Positions 60,950 to 64,000 of a stretch of DNA of 64,000 nucleotides are shown in pieces (the stretch's first letter is position 1; every line of letters begins with the position of its first letter). The notes below the pieces were generated by a model. That model was not told where the DNA came from. It worked only from the letters and a program-made list of their open reading frames with translations, and made no database searches. The stretch covers positions 83,329,014-83,393,013 of the forward strand of contig NC_086376.1 in assembly GCF_036588685.1 (NCBI RefSeq), written 5' to 3'. A program made the translations under genes and the position numbers. The DNA comes from Mytilus trossulus (Eukaryota).

Positions 60950-62105
60950 AGGCCGTTTTCAGAGGGCGCGGCGCCCGCCCTTTTCCGAGTGGCGCCCTGT
61001 GCCCTATTTACAGTTTCCAGGGCGCCCTGCCTTTTTAGCTCACCTGGCCCAAAGGGCCAAGTGAGCTTTTCTCATCACTTTGCGTCGGTCGTCCGTCGTC
61101 GTCGTCCTGCGTTAACTTTTACAAAAATCTTCTCCTCTGAAACTACTGGGCCAAATTAAACCAAACTTGGCCACAATGATCATTAATGTATCTAGTTTAA
61201 AATTTGTGTTTTTTTACCTGGCCAACTAACCAAGATGGCCGCCATGGCTATAAATAGAACATAGGGGTAAAATGCAGTTTTTGGCTTATAACTCAAAAAC
61301 CAAAGCATTTAGAGCAAATCTGACATGGGGTAAAATTGTTTATCAGGTGAAGATCTATCTGCCATGAAATTTTCAGATGAATCAGACAACCCGTTGTTGG
61401 GTTGCTGCCCCTGAATTGGTAATTTTAAGGAAATTTTACTGTTTTTGGTCATTATCTTGAATATTATTATAGATGGAGATAAACTGTAAACAGCAATAAT
61501 GTTCAGCAAAGTAAGATTTACAAATATGTCAACATGACCAAATTGGTCAGTTGACCCCTTTAGGAGTTATTGCCCTTTATAGTCAATTTTTAACCTTTTT
61601 TCGTAAATTTCCATATCTTTTACAAAAATCTTCTTCTCTGAAACTACTGGGCCAAATTAAACCAAAATTAGCAACAATCAACATTGATGTATCTAGTTTA
61701 AAATTTGTGTTTTTTTACCCGGCCAACCAACCAAGATGGCCACCATGGCTAAAAATAGAACATAGGGGTAAAATGCAGTTTTTGGCTTATATCTCAAAAA
61801 CCAAAGCATTTAGAGCAAATCTGACAAGGGGCAAAATTGTTTATCTGGTCAAAATCTATCTGCCCTGAAATTTTAAGATGAATGGGTCAACTGGTTGTAA
61901 GGTTGCTGCCCCTAAATTGGTAATTTTAAGGAAATTTTGCTGTTTTGGATTATTATCTTGAATATTATTATAGATAGAGATAAACTGTAAACAGCAATAA
62001 TATACAGCAATTTAAGACTAAAAAATAGGTCAAAATGACAAAAATGGTCAATTGACCCCCTATGAAATTATCGTTTTTATAATCAATTTTTAACAATTTT
62101 CATAA
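60950..62105 (-). mobile_element. Related element in minus orientation. A tail containing (GTC/GAC)n and a perfect 14-bp hairpin (agctcacctggccc aaa gggccaagtgagct) is followed by two tandem copies of a 490-bp internal repeat.
   Basis: The minus-strand tail gacgacgacgacggacgaccgacgcaaagtgatgag parallels the plus-strand tails gacgacgacgccaacgtgatagc. The 490-bp units are 61125-61610 and 61612-62105. Confidence 0.4.
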
Positions 62106-63504
62106 AATTTGTGAATTTTTACTAACATTTTCCACTGAAACTACACGGACAAGTTCATTATAGATAGAGATGATTGTAAGCAGCAAGAATGTTTAGTAAA
62201 GTAAGATGTACAAACACATCAAAATCACCTAAACACAATTTTGTCATGAACTGTCTGCTTCCTTTGTTTAATTCACATATACCAAGGTGAGCGACACAGG
62301 CTCTTTAGAGCCTCTAGTTTGAAGATCGATTGCATATTAATTTGTTTGTATTGATATGATACGCTAATTACTAAATTTTACCTGGGAAAGAGTTTATGAC
62401 TTTGTTTACGACCCCAAGCTAATCAATGGTTACAACAGGTGTCATAATCTGTTGTTATAGGTAATCCGTTTATCGGATGGGTTATTAATGATCATCAACA
62501 TTAATTCATTCAAATACAATAGGTCAGTCGGCAATTATCTTTTAAGAAATGTGCGTACAACAACATGGGCACAATTTGCAATGTTTACCGTAGTTTCATG
62601 GAGGAAACGTAATGACAGAAAGTTGGATAACCATAATAAACTTGTGGAAGACATTGTTTTACTTGTTTTCCGTAAAATAAACAGAAAATTCAGACGTATT
62701 TGTCATTGACTGCCTTCATTTTTTGATACGAAAATAACAAAACCATGCCATACATGTATTGTGATTATATTTACATCATATTTACGTACTGTTTATAATC
62801 CTCCATAGAAGAAGCACACCCGAATAAAGAAAGATAACTCAATCTGATTTTTCCCCCTAGCATTGAGTAACCCATTTACATATTCTAAAATATGTCTACA
62901 TACTTCTTGCTTAAGAATATATATGTTTAGGTATTTATTTTGAGTTATAGGAAAAGTTAAAGAGGGTCTTAGTAGCAGTGTTGGTAGGGTGCCTTGGTCA
63001 TCTTTTTCTTTATACAATTTTTCACTGTTTCTTTATATCCTAAAAGTGTGAATTTACTGAGCACAGCTGTTTTGTGCTGTATTGCCATTAAAGCACAGCA
63101 GGGGTAGAAAGGTGAAACTGGTAAAATGTGGCAGTCCATAGAAACAGTATGAAACATGTCACCTTTCAAAACATACTGCATATAAAGTTCAACTGTGCCA
63201 AGCAATGATAAAAAAAACTTGTGTGACAAGCTGCTTGACAAGTTTTTCAGCCTTAAAAGTAGAAAGATAGAGTTCTATATGGGCTAATGATGTTGTTTTT
63301 GTATAACCTGTGATTCAATGAAAAACACAAATGTTTGATTAACATCTTTTATTAAAATATGCCCTTTTCATAGTATCATATCACGCGTTAAATGCCCTTT
63401 TTCAGGATTGGCACCCTGCCCTTTTGAAAACCTAGCTGGAACACTGACAATGTATTTACATGTAACAAGTTATCCAATGAAGACTGGATTTTGTATACTT
63501 TCAG

Positions 63505-63578
63505 ATAACAAACAAAATGATAATGGTGTTAAAGAATACTTCAGCAGTAAGCTGCAAACCAACTATGCTCTGAGTTGG
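63505..63578 (+). CDS. MCMBP: MCMBP exon 2 (DNKQNDNGVKEYFSSKLQTNYALSW).
   Basis: ctttcag acceptor. Phase joins exon 1. Aligns to human ...VIEYFKEKLKENNAPKW. Confidence 0.8.
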
Positions 63579-63870
63579 GTAAGTTATTAGGGGTTAAGTT
63601 TTTTGCCCTAAGTTGGGGGATAAGTTTTAGAGTGTTTTAATTTCTTATGTCCTGAGTTGGAGGTAAGTTGGGGTGTTTAAATCTATTGTCCTGAATTGGG
63701 GGTACATGCAAGTTGAAGTAGGTTAATTATTTGCCTTGAGTTTGTTTAGTTCAGGGGGTTGAAACTTTAAACATAATATGTGAAATGTTAATAGGTGGGA
63801 AGTCATGATTTACAGTAGAAATACAGAAAGAGCAGAATTTTTGCTTAAAAAGAGTTTGTCTTATTTGCAG

Positions 63871-64000
63871 GTACCAAGTCTGAATGATACTCCACTGCAT
63901 ACCCTACAACCAAACTCTTTAGTAAGATTCAGATGTATGGTACAGGATATATATGATCCAGAATTCTACCTTGGACTCTATCAGGTGAAGGATTTAGAAA
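63871..64000 (+). CDS. MCMBP: MCMBP exon 3, running to the window edge ([38 protein letters not shown]...).
   Basis: Near-identical to human [38 protein letters not shown]. tttgcag acceptor. A possible donor lies at about 63982. Confidence 0.85.

Noticed and set aside
1-64000. Possibility of a prokaryotic defence or metabolic system, as hinted by the task framing.
   Set aside because: Every well-supported gene has spliceosomal introns with GT-AG boundaries. The proteins are metazoan (TEP1, MCMBP), and the repeats are eukaryotic transposons. No operon-like compact ORF arrangement exists.

Overview
This window is eukaryotic nuclear DNA, not prokaryotic. It is AT-rich, the genes are split by GT-AG introns, and the introns are full of transposons and satellite repeats. 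I would guess an invertebrate, possibly a bivalve mollusc, but that guess is weak. Most of the window (about 9.8 to 57.1 kb, minus strand) is a single gene of about 47 kb. I reconstructed it as roughly 55 coding exons whose splice phases are consistent throughout, encoding a protein of about 2,700 aa. The domain order is an N-terminal Ser-rich repeat region, a TROVE/Ro60-like module with a vWA-like part, a DUF4062-like region, a NACHT P-loop NTPase, and a long run of WD40 repeats. That architecture identifies it as an ortholog of telomerase protein component 1 (TEP1; human TEP1 is about 2,630 aa). Upstream of TEP1 and head-to-head with it (plus strand, from about 57.38 kb) is the 5' end of an MCMBP (MCM-binding protein) ortholog; I found three of its exons. 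The protein alignment to human MCMBP is unambiguous. At the left edge (1.67 to 3.8 kb, plus strand) there is a probable first coding exon of an unidentified gene that converges on TEP1. The TEP1 introns carry several repeat elements. One is a 5'-truncated LINE reverse-transcriptase element with an in-frame stop, lying about 25 bp from a splice acceptor. Another is a hAT-type MITE with an 8-bp target-site duplication. There is also a foldback MITE. Several copies of a composite non-autonomous element carry internal satellite arrays, a (GACGAC)n microsatellite and a 3' hairpin tail; I interpret these as Helitron/Helentron-like. A 122-bp tandem array is built from a WD40 exon together with its splice acceptor. 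I found no rRNA, tRNA or CRISPR, and no prokaryotic-style system. The unusual features are eukaryotic: RGG/RG low-complexity inserts inside the TROVE RNA-binding module, exon-derived tandem repeats, and transposon ends lying right next to splice sites. I could not reconcile the printed sequence with the ORF track to the base in a few places, so all coordinates are approximate (about +/-2 nt).
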